DNA of 64,000 nt from Verrucomicrobiota bacterium (GTDB lineage Bacteria > Verrucomicrobiota > Verrucomicrobiia > Opitutales > Opitutaceae). Where the stretch lies: NCBI GenBank assembly GCA_018239845.1, contig JAFEGO010000055.1, forward strand, positions 9,445-73,444, in the 5' to 3' direction. The position numbers were made by a program, and so were the translations under genes. Below are positions 61,567 through 64,000 of this stretch, piece after piece. Numbering within the stretch: the first letter of the stretch is position 1; each line of letters begins with the position of its first letter. A model generated the notes under the pieces. That model had not been told where the DNA came from and did no database searches. It saw only the letters and a list, made by a program, of their open reading frames with translations.

Positions 61567-64000
61567 CCTCCGGGGCCCAGACCCGCGGCGTGGCCGGCCG
61601 GCTCGCCGCATTTTTCATCCACTCGAAGCTGACGCCCATCGCGATCATCGGCTCGATCCTGCTCGGCCTCTTCGCCGTCGCGCTGCTGCCGCGCGAGGAG
61701 GAGCCCCAGATCAAGGTGCCGATGATCGACGTGCTCCTCGCCCTGCCCGGCGCAACCCCGGCCGAGGTCGAGAACCGCGTGACCCGCCCGGTCGAAAAGC
61801 TCCTCTGGGAAATCCCCGGCGTCGAATACCTCTACTCCACCTCCAGCCCCGGCCACGCGACCATCATCGTGCGCTACCGGGTCGGCACCGACATCGAGAC
61901 CGCGCTCGTCCGTCTCAACCAGCGGCTGCAGGCCCACCTCGACCAGCTCCCGCCCGGCGCCAGCGCACCGCTGGTGAAGCCGCGCACCATCGACGACGTG
62001 CCGGTGCTCGCCCTCACCCTGCACAGCCGCACCCATGATCATCTCGCGCTCCGCCGGCTCGCGGCGCAGCTGGACGACGCGGTGAAATCCATCCCGCAGG
62101 TGGCCGAGACCAACCTCATCGGCGGCGTCTCCCGCACGGTGCGCGTGCAGCTCGATCCCGCCGCGCTGGCCGACCGCGGGCTCACCGCGCTCGCCGTACA
62201 ATCCGCGCTCGAGTCCGCCAACCGCCAGCTGCAGGCCGGCTCGCGCCCCTTCGCCAACACCGAGGTGCTGCTGGAGACCGGCGGCTTTCTCCGCGACGTC
62301 GGCGAGGTCGGGGCCGTGGTCGTCGGCGTGCATGGCGACCGGCCCGTGTACCTGCGCGACGTCGCCACGCTAACGGACGGCGGCGCCGAGCCCGCGGACT
62401 ACGTGCTCTTCGCCGGCCCGGCCGGCGAGATCGAGCCCGCCGTCACGCTCTCGCTCGCCAAGCGGCCCGGCGCCAATGCGATCGAGGTCGTCAACGCCGT
62501 GCTCGCCAAGGTCGAGGCGCTCAAGGGCACGCTGCTGCCCGCCGATGTCGCCGTGACGGTCACGCGCGACTACGGCCACACCGCCGCGGAGAAGAGCAAC
62601 GAGCTCCTCGTGCACATGGGCATCGCGGTCTTCGGCGTCACGCTGCTCATCCTGTTTTTCCTCGGCTGGCGCGAGTCGCTCGTCGTGCTGCTCGCCATCC
62701 CGTCGACCCTCGCGCTCACGCTCTTCGTCTTTTACCTGTACGGCTACACGCTCAACCGCATCACGCTTTTCGCGCTGATCTTCTCCATCGGCATCCTCGT
62801 GGACGACGCCATCGTGGTGGTCGAAAACATCGTGCGCCACGTGCGCCTGCCGGCTTCCCAGGGGAAGCCGCTCGCCGAGGTCGCGCTTGAGGCCGTCGCC
62901 GAGGTGGGCAATCCCACGATCCTCGCCACCTGGGCGGTCATCGCCGCCATCTTGCCCATGGCCTTCGTCGGCGGGCTGATGGGGCCGTATATGCGGCCGA
63001 TCCCGGTGGGCTCCACCGCCGCGATGCTGTTCTCCCTTTTCATCGCCTTCACCGTCACGCCGTGGGCCGCGGTCCGCGTGCTGCGCCGGCGTTTCGCCCG
63101 CGCCGGCGCCGCCGGGGCGGGGCATGGCGCGGGGGACGACTGGTCCACGCGGCTCTACCACCGCATCATGGAGCCGCTGCTCGACCGCGCCCGCTGGCGC
63201 TGGCTCTTCCTCGGCGGCATCTCCGCGCTGCTGCTGCTGTCCGTCGGTTTCGTCCTCAGCGGCGCGGTGGTGGTGAAGATGCTGCCCTTCGACAACAAGT
63301 CGGAATTCCAGGTCATCCTCAATCCGCCCGAGGGCACCACCCTCGAACAGACCGCGCGCATCGCGCAGGAAATGGCCGCGGTGATCCGCACCGAGCCCGC
63401 GGTGCGCGACCTGCAGATCTACGCCGGCACGGCCTCGCCCTTCAATTTCAACGGGCTCGTGCGCCACTACTTCCTGCGGCAGGGCCCCAACGTCGCCGAC
63501 CTCCAGGTCAACCTCGTGCCCAAGGAGGCACGCGCGGAGCAGAGCCACGCGATCGCCAAGCGTCTCCGCCATTGGATCGCCCCGATCGCCGCCCGCTATG
63601 GCGCGGCCGTTGCCGTGGCCGAGGTGCCGCCGGGCCCGCCCGTGCTCCAATCGCTCGTCGCGGAGATCTACGGCCCCGACGAGCCGCAGCGCGTCGCCCT
63701 CGCCGCGCGGGTGCGCGACATCTTTGCGCGCACGCCGGGCGTCGTCGATCTCGACTGGTACGTCGAGGCCCCGCAGCCCAAGGTCCGCTACGTGGTGGAC
63801 CGGGAGAAGGCCGCGCTGCACGGCGTGAGCACCGACGCCATCGCGCGCACCCTGCAGCTCGCCGCCGCCGGCCTGCCCGCGGGGCTGCTCCACGTCGAGC
63901 GCGAGCGGGAGGACGTGGCGCTGCTCGTCGAGCTGCCGCCCGCGGCGCGCGCCACGCCCGCCGCGTTGCTCGACCTCCGCGTCCGCGCCGACCTCGACCC
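61563..64000 (+). CDS. efflux RND transporter permease (AcrB/CzcA superfamily), 3' end outside the window
   Basis: Absent from the ORF track (open at the right edge). [94 protein letters not shown]... The frame is open to nt 64000 and translationally coupled to the adaptor gene. Confidence 0.9.
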   Translation, partial: MTSGAQTRGVAGRLAAFFIHSKLTPIAIIGSILLGLFAVALLPREEEPQIKVPMIDVLLALPGATPAEVENRVTRPVEKLLWEIPGVEYLYSTSSPGHATIIVRYRVGTDIETALVRLNQRLQAHLDQLPPGASAPLVKPRTIDDVPVLALTLHSRTHDHLALRRLAAQLDDAVKSIPQVAETNLIGGVSRTVRVQLDPAALADRGLTALAVQSALESANRQLQAGSRPFANTEVLLETGGFLRDVGEVGAVVVGVHGDRPVYLRDVATLTDGGAEPADYVLFAGPAGEIEPAVTLSLAKRPGANAIEVVNAVLAKVEALKGTLLPADVAVTVTRDYGHTAAEKSNELLVHMGIAVFGVTLLILFFLGWRESLVVLLAIPSTLALTLFVFYLYGYTLNRITLFALIFSIGILVDDAIVVVENIVRHVRLPASQGKPLAEVALEAVAEVGNPTILATWAVIAAILPMAFVGGLMGPYMRPIPVGSTAAMLFSLFIAFTVTPWAAVRVLRRRFARAGAAGAGHGAGDDWSTRLYHRIMEPLLDRARWRWLFLGGISALLLLSVGFVLSGAVVVKMLPFDNKSEFQVILNPPEGTTLEQTARIAQEMAAVIRTEPAVRDLQIYAGTASPFNFNGLVRHYFLRQGPNVADLQVNLVPKEARAEQSHAIAKRLRHWIAPIAARYGAAVAVAEVPPGPPVLQSLVAEIYGPDEPQRVALAARVRDIFARTPGVVDLDWYVEAPQPKVRYVVDREKAALHGVSTDAIARTLQLAAAGLPAGLLHVEREREDVALLVELPPAARATPAALLDLRVRADLD

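Overview
High-G+C (by eye) bacterial chromosomal window, densely coding on both strands. Several traits suggest a Verrucomicrobiota/Opitutales-like genome, though this is inference only: PadR + duplicated FtsX-type (ADOP) permease pairs, a giant RCC1/MBG-repeat surface protein, many small secreted or lipoproteins, and abundant GTAG-headed REP hairpins. I support about 50 protein-coding genes. Housekeeping genes include deoC, lepB, rpoZ, aroE, yggS, rluA-family, prepilin peptidase and a fadB-like gene. There is also a carbohydrate-related set (TAT-secreted GH-like protein, GH32-like, heparinase II/III-like, DUF885), several regulator/target pairs (AraC-PhyH, AraC-desaturase, ArsR-RND efflux, PadR-permease x2, ECF sigma/anti-sigma/DUF4097) and one 3241-aa membrane-anchored metalloprotease/RCC1/MBG giant protein. 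I found no rRNA, tRNA, CRISPR array, transposase, integrase, prophage or recognisable defence-system genes. I cannot point to a clearly delimited new multi-gene system. The most unusual items are: (i) a single-polypeptide E1alpha-E1beta-lipoyl-E2 2-oxoacid dehydrogenase fusion; (ii) at least six sequence-distinct families of REP/REPIN-type hairpin elements, including three different ones stacked in one intergenic region; (iii) a gene-decay junction where a truncated ADOP permease abuts remnants of a sugar ABC transporter; (iv) a membrane desaturase-Rieske fusion; (v) an alpha/beta-hydrolase + GH3-family adenylating-enzyme pair; and (vi) a GRDP/TIGR04222-like membrane protein with a Cys/Gly/Ser tail. 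Most long ORFs in the six-frame track that lie antisense to or overlap these genes are high-G+C shadow ORFs and were rejected. All family assignments come from motif recognition by eye, with no database search.
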